The notes beneath the pieces are model-generated. The model had not been told where the DNA came from. It made no database searches and saw only the letters and a list, made by a program, of their open reading frames with translations. DNA of 64,000 bases, taken from Minisyncoccota bacterium (lineage in GTDB: Bacteria; Patescibacteriota; Minisyncoccia; Phycocordibacterales; UBA9973). Shown here piece after piece: positions 36,231-46,199 of the stretch (position 1 is its first letter; each line of letters begins with the position of its first letter). Location of the stretch: positions 70,867 through 134,866 of the forward strand of contig DAOQAL010000001.1 of assembly GCA_035353995.1 (NCBI GenBank), read 5' to 3'. A program made the position numbers and the translations under genes.

Positions 36231-38624
36231 ATGGAGAAAGAAAAAAACGGAAAAAAAACGCTAGTTTTGCTTGATTCTCACGCAATAATTCATCGTGCTT
36301 ATCATGCATTGCCGGAGTTTTTGTCATCAAAAGGTGAACCAACGGGAGCACTTTATGGATTATCAAGTATGCTGATGAAAATAATTTCTGATTTGAAGCC
36401 AGACTATATTGTAGCTTGTTATGATTTACCTCAAAAAACTTTTAGACATGAAGCATATGAAGCTTATAAAGCAGGTAGAGCAAAAGCGGATGAAGCATTA
36501 ATTTCTCAATTGAAATCTTCAAGAAGAATTTTTGAAGCATTTAATATTCCTATTTATGATTCTCCTGGTTTTGAAGCGGATGACTTACTAGGAACAATTG
36601 TTGAAAAATTAAAAAAAGAAAAAAATATAAACATAGTTATTGCATCTGGTGACATGGATACAATGCAATTAGTAAAGGATAAAAAAGTTCAAGTTTATAC
36701 TCTTAAAAAGGGGATTAACGATACTATTTTATATGATGAAGAAAAAGTTTTAGAACGTTTTAATTTTTCTCCAAAATTTTTGCCAGATTATAAGGGATTA
36801 CGTGGTGACCCTTCAGATAATATTATCGGTATTAAAGGCATAGGAGAAAAGACAGCAACAAGTTTGATTGTTAAATTTGGCACGATAGAAGAAATTTATA
36901 AAAAAATAAAAAAAGGAGAAAAGGAATTTTCAGAAATTGGCATAAGCCCTAGAGTTATTGAATTGATAAAAAATAACGAGGAAGAAGCATTATTCTCTAA
37001 AACATTAGCTACAATAAGAAAAGATGCACCAATTGATTTTAATATTCCAGAAAAAACTTTTTGGGATAATGTAGATTACAAAAAAATTGAACAAATTTTC
37101 TCTGAATTTGAATTTCGTAGTTTACTTACAAGGGTTAAGAATTTTTTTGGAAAGAATGGTGCTGAAAGTAAGACGAATGTAACAGGTTTATTTGCAGATA
37201 CAAAAAATAAAGAAGAAATAAATGAGGAAAAATTACAAGAAGCATCAATTGGTTTGTGGCTTATAAATTCAGAGATGACAAATCCTACAATAGAAGATAT
37301 ATTACATTTTGCAAAAACCGATTCATTTTCAACTGCCTATGAATTTATTTTAAAGAAAATAAAAGAACAAAAACTAGATAAGGTTTTTGAAGAGATAGAA
37401 AAACCAATTATAAAAATCGTAAAAGAAATGGAAGATCATGGTATTTTAATAGATCAAAAATATTTTAGTGACCTATCTGTGGAATATCATAAAGAATTGG
37501 ATAAATTGACTAAAAAAATATATGAAATGGCTGGATCAGAATTTAATATAAATTCTCCAAAACAATTGAGTGAAGTGCTTTTTAGTAAAATGGGTATGAA
37601 ATCAGGAAAGAAAAAAGGAGCCAGTGGTTCTTTTTCTACTAAGGTTTCTATATTGGAAGAACTTGAAGAAAAAAATCCAATAATAAAAGAAATTTTATCT
37701 TATAGAGAATTACAGAAATTACTTTCAACTTATGTTGATGTTATTCCTAAAATGGTAGGAAAAGATGAAAGACTGCATGCAAAATTTTTACAAAATGGAA
37801 CTTCAACAGGGAGGTTTTCTTCTCAAGAACCTAATTTGCAAAATCTACCAATTAGATCTGAACTTGGTAAAAAAATAAGAGGTGGCTTTATACCACAAAA
37901 AGGTTATAAATTGTCGTCTTTTGATTATTCTCAAATAGAATTGAGAGTTGCAGCTATTCTTTCAAAAGATAAAAAAATGACAAAAATATTTCATGAAAAA
38001 AAAGATGCTCACGCTGGTGTTGCTTCTTTTGTTTTTGATGTGCCATTAGAAAAAGTAGATAGTGAAATGCGTCGCAAAGCAAAAGTAATAAATTTCGGAA
38101 TAATATATGGTATGGGTGTTTCTGCTTTACAGAAAAATCTTGGTAGTAATCGTGAGGAAGCTCAAAAATTTTATAATAATTACTTTAACCAATTTTCTGG
38201 AATAAGAGATTATTTAGATGGTGTAAAAGAATTTGCAATGAAAAATACTTTTACTCTTACTCTTTTTGGCAGGAGAAGATATTTTCCAAATATAAATTCC
38301 AGAATTCCTTTTTTAAAAAATATGGCAGAACGAACTGCAACCAATGCTCCTATACAGGGTACTGCAGCTGACATTATAAAATTGGCTATTAGGTTTGCGG
38401 AAGAAGATTTAGAAAAAGCTGATCTTTTAGATAAAGCACATTTAGTGTTACAGATACATGATGAATTAGTTTATGAAATAGAAGAAAGTGTGCTTGAAAA
38501 AGCAACGAAAATAATACAAAAAGCAATGGAAGAAGTATTACAAAGATCATATCTAAAATATGAAACAGATATTCCATTATCTGTTCATTTTGGTTCAGGG
38601 GATAATTTGGTAGAAGCTAAATAG
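36231..38624 (+). CDS. polA: DNA polymerase I
   Basis: 5'-3' exonuclease N-terminus (LLDSHAIIHRAYHA) and family-A polymerase motifs (RRKAKVINFGIIYGMG, QIHDELV). Confidence 0.9.
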   Translation: MEKEKNGKKTLVLLDSHAIIHRAYHALPEFLSSKGEPTGALYGLSSMLMKIISDLKPDYIVACYDLPQKTFRHEAYEAYKAGRAKADEALISQLKSSRRIFEAFNIPIYDSPGFEADDLLGTIVEKLKKEKNINIVIASGDMDTMQLVKDKKVQVYTLKKGINDTILYDEEKVLERFNFSPKFLPDYKGLRGDPSDNIIGIKGIGEKTATSLIVKFGTIEEIYKKIKKGEKEFSEIGISPRVIELIKNNEEEALFSKTLATIRKDAPIDFNIPEKTFWDNVDYKKIEQIFSEFEFRSLLTRVKNFFGKNGAESKTNVTGLFADTKNKEEINEEKLQEASIGLWLINSEMTNPTIEDILHFAKTDSFSTAYEFILKKIKEQKLDKVFEEIEKPIIKIVKEMEDHGILIDQKYFSDLSVEYHKELDKLTKKIYEMAGSEFNINSPKQLSEVLFSKMGMKSGKKKGASGSFSTKVSILEELEEKNPIIKEILSYRELQKLLSTYVDVIPKMVGKDERLHAKFLQNGTSTGRFSSQEPNLQNLPIRSELGKKIRGGFIPQKGYKLSSFDYSQIELRVAAILSKDKKMTKIFHEKKDAHAGVASFVFDVPLEKVDSEMRRKAKVINFGIIYGMGVSALQKNLGSNREEAQKFYNNYFNQFSGIRDYLDGVKEFAMKNTFTLTLFGRRRYFPNINSRIPFLKNMAERTATNAPIQGTAADIIKLAIRFAEEDLEKADLLDKAHLVLQIHDELVYEIEESVLEKATKIIQKAMEEVLQRSYLKYETDIPLSVHFGSGDNLVEAK

Positions 38625-38647
38625 CCTATTTGTAGTATAATTATTAT

Positions 38648-39130
38648 ATGGAAGATGCACAAAAAACAATTGAAAAAGAAGCAGAAACTAATCTATATAA
38701 AAATAAAGTGCACTGGACTTTAACGCATTCTTACTTTTTTTATTTTTTTATGTTTTTAATAGGTTTTTTCTTTGAATTGATTTTTCCATTAAAAATATTT
38801 AAAGATTCTATAGCTATACATTTTGGTGCTATTCTTATTCTTGCAGGCACAGTATTAATTTTTTGGGCACAAAAAACTTCTAGAAATTTAAAAAAGGATG
38901 AAGTTACTTTTCTTAAAGGACCTTATAAAATTACTCGTAGTCCTACACACTGGGGATTATTTTTGCTTATGTTAGGTTTTAGTTTTATAGCGAATGCTCT
39001 TTTTGTAATTATTTCTACACTTATATCATTTATTGTAGCTAAGTTTATTTTCTTAAAGAAAGAAGAATTAATTTTAGAAAATAAATATGGTGAATTATAT
39101 AAAGAGTACAAAAAATCAGTTAAGTTTTAA
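38648..39130 (+). CDS. ICMT/PEMT-like membrane methyltransferase family protein
   Basis: Four TM helices. GPYKITRSPTHWG resembles the isoprenylcysteine carboxyl methyltransferase motif. Confidence 0.6.
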   Translation: MEDAQKTIEKEAETNLYKNKVHWTLTHSYFFYFFMFLIGFFFELIFPLKIFKDSIAIHFGAILILAGTVLIFWAQKTSRNLKKDEVTFLKGPYKITRSPTHWGLFLLMLGFSFIANALFVIISTLISFIVAKFIFLKKEELILENKYGELYKEYKKSVKF

Positions 39131-39133
39131 ATT

Positions 39134-39781
39134 ATGATATACCTTTTTGCTGGTGATGACGTAAAAAACAAAATTGAGAACTATGAAATTTTTTTAGAGT
39201 CTCTTAAAAAAGAAATGGAGATCTTTTTTGTTAATAAAAATAATTTTGATCCTATTCAAATTGAAAGTTTTTATTCTGGTAGTGGTTTATTTTTTTCCAA
39301 ATGTGTGATTGTTTTTACAAATATATTTGAAAAAGAAGAAATACAAAATTTTGTTTTAGAAAAATTGTCTTTTTTTGGTGAATCACAAAATTTATTTATT
39401 TTTTCTGAAGGCAAATTAAACAAGACAACTATTGATGCTTTTAAAAAAGCTAGAGCAGAATTAAATATATTTGAATTACCAAAATATAAAAAAGAAAAAT
39501 ATAATAGTTTTCTTTTGGCAAATGCTTTTGAAGCAAAAGATAAAATCAAACTCTGGATTTATTTTAGACAAGCAATTGATCTTGATGTAGCAATGGAAGA
39601 ATTGGCCGGAATCCTTTCTTGGAAGGTGAAAGATATGATCTTAAAAAGAAACTTTAGTAAGTTTAAAGAAGAAGAATTACAGAATTTTTCTTCTAAACTT
39701 TCATATTTATTACCTGAAGCTAGACGCAATGGAATAGATGCAGAATCAGCGTTCGAACAGTTTCTACTTGAAGCTTTTTAA
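39134..39781 (+). CDS. Possible DNA polymerase III delta subunit (short HolA-like)
   Basis: MIYLFAGDDVKNKIENYEIFL resembles the HolA N-terminus. Position after polA. Weak call. Confidence 0.4.
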   Translation: MIYLFAGDDVKNKIENYEIFLESLKKEMEIFFVNKNNFDPIQIESFYSGSGLFFSKCVIVFTNIFEKEEIQNFVLEKLSFFGESQNLFIFSEGKLNKTTIDAFKKARAELNIFELPKYKKEKYNSFLLANAFEAKDKIKLWIYFRQAIDLDVAMEELAGILSWKVKDMILKRNFSKFKEEELQNFSSKLSYLLPEARRNGIDAESAFEQFLLEAF

Positions 39782-39804
39782 AAAAAATGTTAATTTAAGA
39801 GAAT

Positions 39805-39880
39805 CCGCCCTTAGCTCAGCTGGTAGAGCTGCTCCCTTTTAAGGAGAAGGTCGCAGGTTCGATTCCTGCAGGGCGGACCA
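39805..39880 (+). tRNA. tRNA-Lys (anticodon TTT), CCA encoded
   Basis: 76 nt. Acceptor CCGCCCT/AGGGCGG with an unusual C1:G72 pair. D-arm GCTCAGCTGGTAGAGC; anticodon loop CTTTTAA; T-arm GCAGG-TTCGATT-CCTGC; discriminator A followed by CCA. Confidence 0.85.
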
Positions 39881-39884
39881 CGTT

Positions 39885-39924
39885 AAGAAAAATCCTCCCT
39901 GCGGAGGATTTTTTAGTGGTCCGA
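39885..39924. repeat. 40-bp perfect direct repeat, copy 1 (contains terminator hairpin)
   Basis: AAGAAAAATCCTCCCTGCGGAGGATTTTTTAGTGGTCCGA. Identical copy at 40372-40411. Confidence 0.8.
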
Positions 39925-40007
39925 AATGGGGATTAAACTTATTGACAAGGTACTGTATAAAAGGTAATCTAAAAAAAGATTTGTATAAATTTTAAAAACA
40001 TATATAT

Positions 40008-40271
40008 ATGGAAAAAACAAATTGGCAAATTCATCCCGCTGATTTTTATTGGGAAATCTCTGATAAATTGTCATATGTAAAAATGTTTTTTTGTAGTCGT
40101 TTGAGGTTGTTTTTGTATCGCTTTTATATTTGTAACGATGAATTCCATCATTCTTTGAGTACAGATATTGAAGCATTGATGACAATGAATGACAAACAAA
40201 AAGCAAAATATATGGCTTATTTAGACAGAAAAAAAATAATTGCCCATGAAAGAGAATCTAAAGCGGTTTAA
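40008..40271 (+). CDS. Hypothetical 87-aa protein inside the repeat-flanked cassette
   Basis: The only sizeable ORF between the two 40-bp repeats. An overlapping antisense ORF (39913-40206) also exists, so coding status is uncertain. Confidence 0.3.
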   Translation: MEKTNWQIHPADFYWEISDKLSYVKMFFCSRLRLFLYRFYICNDEFHHSLSTDIEALMTMNDKQKAKYMAYLDRKKIIAHERESKAV

Positions 40272-40371
40272 CTAACAAATGACCATTTCTTTGTTAAAAA
40301 GGAGTGGCCATTTTTCTTTCTATAATACCCTATAAACATCAATTGATTATATAATTCTCTCAAATACAACA

Positions 40372-40411
40372 AAGAAAAATCCTCCCTGCGGAGGATTTTT
40401 TAGTGGTCCGA
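40372..40411. repeat. 40-bp perfect direct repeat, copy 2
   Basis: Identical to 39885-39924. Flanking sequence diverges immediately on both sides. Confidence 0.8.
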
Positions 40412-40466
40412 GCCGGAGCAGGTTTTTATGAAAAGTTTTGTTTTATTGGTATGATATAATTTTAAT

Positions 40467-43025
40467 ATGGAAAATAATACAAATACAGTTAAGTATCAGG
40501 GTGTTTCACAAATAGAAGCTGATGAGATTCTTAAAAAAGACGGTTTTAATGAACTCCCTTCACAAAAAAAGAAGAATAGCTTAATAATTTTATTAAAAAT
40601 TATGTCAGAGCCAATGCTTTTATTGCTAGTTGGAGCTGGTGTAATTTATTTATTCTTAGGTGAAATAAGAGATGCTCTTTTGCTTGTGTTTTCTGTAATT
40701 GTTGTTATTGGTATAACTTTCTACCAGGAAAAAAAGACTGAGAGGACGTTAGAAGCATTGAAAGATTTATCTAGCCCAAGAGCTTTAGTCTTTAGAGATG
40801 GAGAACAAAAAAGAATTGCAGGTAAAGAAGTTGTTAAAGGTGACATAATAATAATTCACGAAGGTGACAGAATACCTGCTGATGCGACAATTTTATCTTG
40901 TGAAAATCTTTCAGTTGATGAATCTTTATTAACCGGTGAATCCATTCCTGTAAGAAAAACAGAATGGAGCAAAGATGAAAAACAACCAAGACCAGGAGGA
41001 GATGATTTACCTTTTGTATTTTCAAGTACTTTAGTTGTAGATGGTCGTGGTGTTGCAAGAGTAAGTTCTACTGGACCAAATACAGAAATTGGTAAAATTG
41101 GAAAAAGTCTTGAGAAAATTAAAGATGAAGATACGCTTTTACATAAAGAAACAAAAAAAATTGTTCGCTCTGTTGCTCTTGTTGGGATAGTTTTGTGTAT
41201 TATTGTTGTTTTATTTTATGTTTTTGTAAAAGGAAATATAATGGGTGGTTTTCTAGCTGGAATAACATTAAGTATGGCTATTCTTCCAGAAGAATTTCCT
41301 GTTGTACTTTTAGTTTTTTTAACATTAGGAGCATGGAGAATTTCAAAAAGGAAAGTTCTTACAAGAAGATCAGCTGCTATTGAAACATTAGGAGCTGCAA
41401 CTGTTCTTTGCACGGATAAAACTGGTACTTTAACTTTAAATAAAATGGAATTGGTTAATTTATATGCTGGTGGTTTATTTTACGATATTGATTCTTCTTC
41501 TAACAAAAATGAAATGCCTGAACAGTTTAAAACTCTTTTAGAATATGGAATTTTAGCTAGTCAGAAAGACCCATTTGATCCTATTGAAAAAGAATTAAAA
41601 AAATTTGGCAATACACATGTTGAAAGAGTAAAAGATTTACAAAATAATTTTGATCTTACAAAAGAATATCCTTTATCAAAAAAATTATTAGCATTGTCTC
41701 ATGTTTGGCAATCAAAAGATAAGAAAGAATTTATTATTGCATCTAAAGGAGCGCCAGAAGCAATTTTAGAATTATGTCATTCAAGTGATGAACAGAAAAA
41801 AGAAATTTTAAAAAAGGTAAAAGAAATGTCAGAAAAAGGTTTGCGTGTTCTTGGTGTTGCAAAAGGTGCAGTTGTTGGCAACTCTCTTTCAGATAATCAG
41901 CACGATTTTGATTTTGAATTTATTGGTCTTCTTGGTTTTGTTGATCCTGTTCGTCAAACAGTACCTACTGCTGTTGCTGAAGCTTATGAAGCTGGTATGA
42001 GAGTGATAATGATTACAGGAGATTATCCTGGAACTGCTCAATTTGTAGCAGAAAAAATAGGTATTAAAAATTACAAAGAATATTTAACTGGAGAAGATTT
42101 AGCAAAGATGAGTCATTTAGAGCTCAAAGAAAAAATAAAATCAGTAAATATTTTTGCAAGAGTTGTGCCTGAGCAAAAATTGCTTATCATTGATGCTTTG
42201 AAAGCAAACAATGAAATTGTTGCTATGACAGGTGATGGTGTAAACGATGCTCCTGCACTTAAATCTGCTCATATAGGTGTGGCTATGGGCGAAAGAGGGA
42301 CAGATGTTGCAAGAGAAGCCTCAGCCCTTGTTTTGCTTAATGATGATTTTTCTTCAATAGTTTCCGCTGTTCGTTTAGGAAGAAGAATTTATGACAATAT
42401 AAAAAGATCAATGGGATATTTATTAGCAGTTCATGTTCCTATCGCTGGTATGTCTTTATTACCTTTAATTTTTGATTTTCCAATTGTATTATTGCCTGCA
42501 CACGTTGCGTTTTTGGAATTAATTATTGACCCTGCTTGTTCAATAGCATTTGAATCAGAGAATGAAGAAAAAAATATAATGAAAAGACCACCGAGAAATT
42601 TGCATGAACCAATGTTTAATAGAAAAACAATTGGAATTAGTGTAATTCAAGGATTATCAATATTGATAGCAACTTTTGTTTTGTATTTTATCGCTGTTAA
42701 AACTGGTAGAAGTGAGCAAGAAATAAGATCATTTGCTTTTGTGTCATTAGTTTTCTCTAATTTAATGCTTATAGCCATTAACTTATCTTGGGATAAGAGT
42801 TTACATAGAATACTTATGTCAGCAAATAGAATTTTATTTATTATTTTAATTGGTGCTATTCTTTGTTTGCTAGCCGTACTTTATGTGCCATTTTTCTCTA
42901 ATCTATTTCATATGGCCCCATTACGTATAATGGATATAGGATTTATTGTTTTGATTGTGTTTATAAGTTTATTTTGGTTTGAATTGTTTAAATTATTTAA
43001 AATTAAAAAACTAAAGACATTATAA
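40467..43025 (+). CDS. P-type cation-transporting ATPase (P2-type, Ca2+/cation pump-like)
   Basis: Phosphorylation motif CTDKTGTLT, TGES, hinge TGDGVNDAPALK, and 10 predicted TM helices. Confidence 0.9.
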   Translation: MENNTNTVKYQGVSQIEADEILKKDGFNELPSQKKKNSLIILLKIMSEPMLLLLVGAGVIYLFLGEIRDALLLVFSVIVVIGITFYQEKKTERTLEALKDLSSPRALVFRDGEQKRIAGKEVVKGDIIIIHEGDRIPADATILSCENLSVDESLLTGESIPVRKTEWSKDEKQPRPGGDDLPFVFSSTLVVDGRGVARVSSTGPNTEIGKIGKSLEKIKDEDTLLHKETKKIVRSVALVGIVLCIIVVLFYVFVKGNIMGGFLAGITLSMAILPEEFPVVLLVFLTLGAWRISKRKVLTRRSAAIETLGAATVLCTDKTGTLTLNKMELVNLYAGGLFYDIDSSSNKNEMPEQFKTLLEYGILASQKDPFDPIEKELKKFGNTHVERVKDLQNNFDLTKEYPLSKKLLALSHVWQSKDKKEFIIASKGAPEAILELCHSSDEQKKEILKKVKEMSEKGLRVLGVAKGAVVGNSLSDNQHDFDFEFIGLLGFVDPVRQTVPTAVAEAYEAGMRVIMITGDYPGTAQFVAEKIGIKNYKEYLTGEDLAKMSHLELKEKIKSVNIFARVVPEQKLLIIDALKANNEIVAMTGDGVNDAPALKSAHIGVAMGERGTDVAREASALVLLNDDFSSIVSAVRLGRRIYDNIKRSMGYLLAVHVPIAGMSLLPLIFDFPIVLLPAHVAFLELIIDPACSIAFESENEEKNIMKRPPRNLHEPMFNRKTIGISVIQGLSILIATFVLYFIAVKTGRSEQEIRSFAFVSLVFSNLMLIAINLSWDKSLHRILMSANRILFIILIGAILCLLAVLYVPFFSNLFHMAPLRIMDIGFIVLIVFISLFWFELFKLFKIKKLKTL

Positions 43026-43030
43026 TTTTT

Positions 43031-43501
43031 ATGAAAGAGTCTATTTTAATTCTTCCTGATATAAGAAGTGCTCAAAACGTAGGAGCAATTTTTAGAACAG
43101 CTGAAGCTGCAGGTATTTCAAAGATTTATTTAACAGGATATACTCCTTGCCCAATCGATAAATTCAATAGAGCAAGAAAAGATATTGCAAAAGCTTCTCT
43201 TGGTGCAGAAATTTATGTTCCTTGGGAATATAAAAAATCAATAATTCCTCTTTTGTCTATTTTGAAAAAGAAAAATTATAAAATAATTGCTATTGAACAA
43301 GATAAAAATTCTACTGATTACAAAAAAATAAAAATAGGGAATAAAAATGCATTTATTGTCGGAACAGAAGTGTCTGGTCTTGATAAAAAAGTTCTTAAAA
43401 AATGTGATGTAATTGCTGAAATACCAATGAATGGCAAAAAAGAATCACTGAATGTTTCAGTGGCTCTTGGAATTGGGCTATTTAGAATTTTAAATATTTA
43501 A
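43031..43501 (+). CDS. SpoU/TrmH-class RNA 2'-O-methyltransferase
   Basis: 156 aa. Motifs NVGAIFRTAEAAG and IPMNGKKESLNVSVA. Confidence 0.75.
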   Translation: MKESILILPDIRSAQNVGAIFRTAEAAGISKIYLTGYTPCPIDKFNRARKDIAKASLGAEIYVPWEYKKSIIPLLSILKKKNYKIIAIEQDKNSTDYKKIKIGNKNAFIVGTEVSGLDKKVLKKCDVIAEIPMNGKKESLNVSVALGIGLFRILNI

Positions 43502-44058
43502 TGAGATAAGATTTTTAGCGCTTCTTTAATCTTTTTATTTGTGTCCATATTGGAAGGTATTTTTTTCAATGCTTCACGTGCTTGAGATTGTGAATAGCCT
43601 AAAGTCTTTAATGCTTCCATTGCATCAAGTTCTTCTTGTAGAGAACCATCCATGTTTTCTTTTCCTATTTTGTCTCTTAATTCCAATACGATTTTTTCCG
43701 CAGTTTTTTTACCTATACCTGATATTTTTGTTAAATAAGAAATATCTCCAGTTCCAATCGCTTTTTTTAATGTTTCTATTTGTGCAATGCCAAGAATAGT
43801 TAGTGCTGATCTTGGACCAATTCCAGATACTGCCAAAAGCATTTCAAAAAATTCTAATTCTTGATAGTCTAAGAAACCATAAATATCTTCTGCGTCTTCT
43901 TTTATATGTACATGAGTCCAAAAGAAAATTTCGTCTACTTTCTGAATTTTTAACAATGTATCTGGCGAAATGTTTATTTTATAACCAATACCACCAGTCT
44001 CAACAATGATAAATTTGTCTTTTTTAAACGTTATTTTGCCTTTTATGCTACCAATCAT
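43498..44058 (-). CDS. ruvA: Holliday junction DNA helicase RuvA
   Basis: OB-fold N-terminus (MIGSIKGKI), HhH motifs (LLAVSGIGPRSAL), and C-terminal domain. Confidence 0.85.
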   Translation of the reverse strand: MIGSIKGKITFKKDKFIIVETGGIGYKINISPDTLLKIQKVDEIFFWTHVHIKEDAEDIYGFLDYQELEFFEMLLAVSGIGPRSALTILGIAQIETLKKAIGTGDISYLTKISGIGKKTAEKIVLELRDKIGKENMDGSLQEELDAMEALKTLGYSQSQAREALKKIPSNMDTNKKIKEALKILSH

Positions 44059-44111
44059 GCTTTTAGTATAACATATTTGCGTTTTTTGCAGATTTTTGAT
44101 ATGTTTAACCT

Positions 44112-44363
44112 ATGCCAATAATTAGATCAGCAAAAAAAGCAATCCGTGTTTCAGCTAGAAAAAAAGCTGTAAACGATCGCAGAAAGAGAACAATGAAAGA
44201 TGTAATCAAGAAGATTGAGAAACTTTCAAAAACAGACAAGAAAGAGGCTGAACAAACACTAAGCTCTGCTTTTCAGGTAATTGATAAGGCGGCAAAAAGG
44301 GGTATTATAAAAAAGAACAATGCTGCTAGAAAAAAGTCTCGCCTTTCAAGATTAGTAAAATAA
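44112..44363 (+). CDS. rpsT: 30S ribosomal protein S20
   Basis: MPIIRSAKKAIRVSARKKAVNDRRK. Confidence 0.85.
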   Translation: MPIIRSAKKAIRVSARKKAVNDRRKRTMKDVIKKIEKLSKTDKKEAEQTLSSAFQVIDKAAKRGIIKKNNAARKKSRLSRLVK

Positions 44364-44373
44364 TCTGAAAAAA

Positions 44374-44637
44374 ATGTCACATCTTCTTGAATTTTATGGA
44401 ACAGAGTGTCCACATTGTGTTAGAATGCATAATTTGGTAATTCGTCTTGAACAAAAAGAAGGAATAAAAATAGATTCTATAGAAGTCTGGCATAATAAGG
44501 AAAATGAAAAACGTCTAATTGAAATAGATCGAGATTTTTGTGGGGGAGTTCCATTTTTCTATAATGAAAAAACAAAAAAATATATTTGTGGAGATGTAAG
44601 TTATAGAGAATTAAAAAAATGGGCAGAGGATAAATAA
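44374..44637 (+). CDS. Glutaredoxin/NrdH-like thioredoxin-fold protein
   Basis: CPHC active-site motif near the N-terminus; 87 aa. Confidence 0.6.
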   Translation: MSHLLEFYGTECPHCVRMHNLVIRLEQKEGIKIDSIEVWHNKENEKRLIEIDRDFCGGVPFFYNEKTKKYICGDVSYRELKKWAEDK

Positions 44638-44638
44638 T

Positions 44639-45451
44639 ATGGCAATAATTGAAGTACAAAATTTAACTAAGAAATTTGAAGACTTCACAGCAGTGAATAA
44701 TATTTCTTTTTCAATCGAAGAGGGTGAAATTTTTGCTTTTTTGGGTCCCAATGGAGCTGGTAAATCTACAACTATTAAAATGCTAACAACTGTTCTCTCT
44801 CCATCTTCTGGTAACCTTATGCTTGATGGACATAATATAGTTAGTGAACAAAGAGATGTTAGGAATTCATTTGGAATCGTATTTCAGGACCCTAGTTTAG
44901 ATGATGAACTTACTGCGTATGAAAATATGGAAACGCATGGTGTTCTTTATCATATGAAAAAAAAGAATCGTCGCGAGAGGATCAAACAATTACTTGAATT
45001 TGTAGAATTATGGGACAGAAAAGATGTTTTTGTTAAAAAGTTTTCTGGTGGTATGAAACGACGTCTTGAAATAGCCCGTGGTTTACTTCATTGTCCAAAA
45101 GTTTTATTTTTAGATGAACCTACACTAGGTCTTGATCCACAAACACGTAATCATATGTGGGAATATTTACGTAAGCTTAATCAAACTGAAAAGATTACAA
45201 TTTTTTTTACTACGCATTATATGGAAGAAGTAGAACATATAGCAAATAGAGTTGCTATTATTGATCATGGAAATATTGTTACTTCAGGCACAGTGGATCA
45301 ATTAAAAAAGAGTACTGGCGCTCAATCGTTAGAAGAAGCATTTTTAAAATTAACAGGTAATGATATTCGTAAAGATGAGGCAAATAAAATAGATGCAATG
45401 CGTTCTCATCGCAAGGTCTGGAGAAACACAACTGATGTTAAATCAGTATAA
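44639..45451 (+). CDS. ABC transporter ATP-binding protein (ABC-2 exporter type)
   Basis: Walker A GPNGAGKSTT, signature LSGGMKRRL, Walker B LFLDEPT. Confidence 0.85.
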   Translation: MAIIEVQNLTKKFEDFTAVNNISFSIEEGEIFAFLGPNGAGKSTTIKMLTTVLSPSSGNLMLDGHNIVSEQRDVRNSFGIVFQDPSLDDELTAYENMETHGVLYHMKKKNRRERIKQLLEFVELWDRKDVFVKKFSGGMKRRLEIARGLLHCPKVLFLDEPTLGLDPQTRNHMWEYLRKLNQTEKITIFFTTHYMEEVEHIANRVAIIDHGNIVTSGTVDQLKKSTGAQSLEEAFLKLTGNDIRKDEANKIDAMRSHRKVWRNTTDVKSV

Positions 45452-45455
45452 AAAT

Positions 45456-46199
45456 ATGAATGTAATTTTTATTTTATGGCTTAGACAAATTAAAAGATAT
45501 TTAAGATCTAAATCAAGAGTATTTGGTTCTTTAGCTCAACCACTTTTCTTTTTATTTGCTCTTGGTTTTGGTTTTGGACCAGTATTTTCTAAAGCAGGGG
45601 AAGGTAACTATATACAATTTTTGGTTCCTGGAATTATTAGCATGACAATAATTTTCACATCTATATCTGCCGGTATGGAAATTATTTGGGATAAACAATT
45701 CGGATTCTTAAAAGAAACTCTTGTCGCCCCTGTTTCTCGTCTTAATATAATGATAGGGCGAACTCTGGGAGGAGCTACAATTGCTACATTCCAAGGAACC
45801 GTTGTTTTGTTTTTGTCTTTAATAGTTGGCTTTCACCCAATTTCTTGGATGCTTGTTCCTTTGGCTATATTAATTATGTTTTTATCTTCATTATTATTTA
45901 CAGCTTTAGGTACTGCTATTGCTTCAAAATTAGACGATATGCAAGGTTTCCAGATGATAATGAACTTTTTAGTTATGCCATTATTTTTTCTTTCAGGAGC
46001 AATTTTTCCTCTTGATAGAACAACTACACTTGGTACGATAGCGTCCTTTGATCCATTGTCATATACAGTAGATGCATTAAGAAATTTACTTACTAATATT
46101 CATTTTTTCTCTCTTGCTAGAGATGTTTCCTTGCTAGCAATTTTAACAATTGTATTTTTAGTAATTGGAAGTTATTTTTTCTCAAAGGTTCAAATTTAA
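45456..46199 (+). CDS. ABC-2 family transporter permease
   Basis: Six TM helices. Start moved to MNVIFILWLRQ just after the ATPase stop. Confidence 0.7.
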   Translation: MNVIFILWLRQIKRYLRSKSRVFGSLAQPLFFLFALGFGFGPVFSKAGEGNYIQFLVPGIISMTIIFTSISAGMEIIWDKQFGFLKETLVAPVSRLNIMIGRTLGGATIATFQGTVVLFLSLIVGFHPISWMLVPLAILIMFLSSLLFTALGTAIASKLDDMQGFQMIMNFLVMPLFFLSGAIFPLDRTTTLGTIASFDPLSYTVDALRNLLTNIHFFSLARDVSLLAILTIVFLVIGSYFFSKVQI

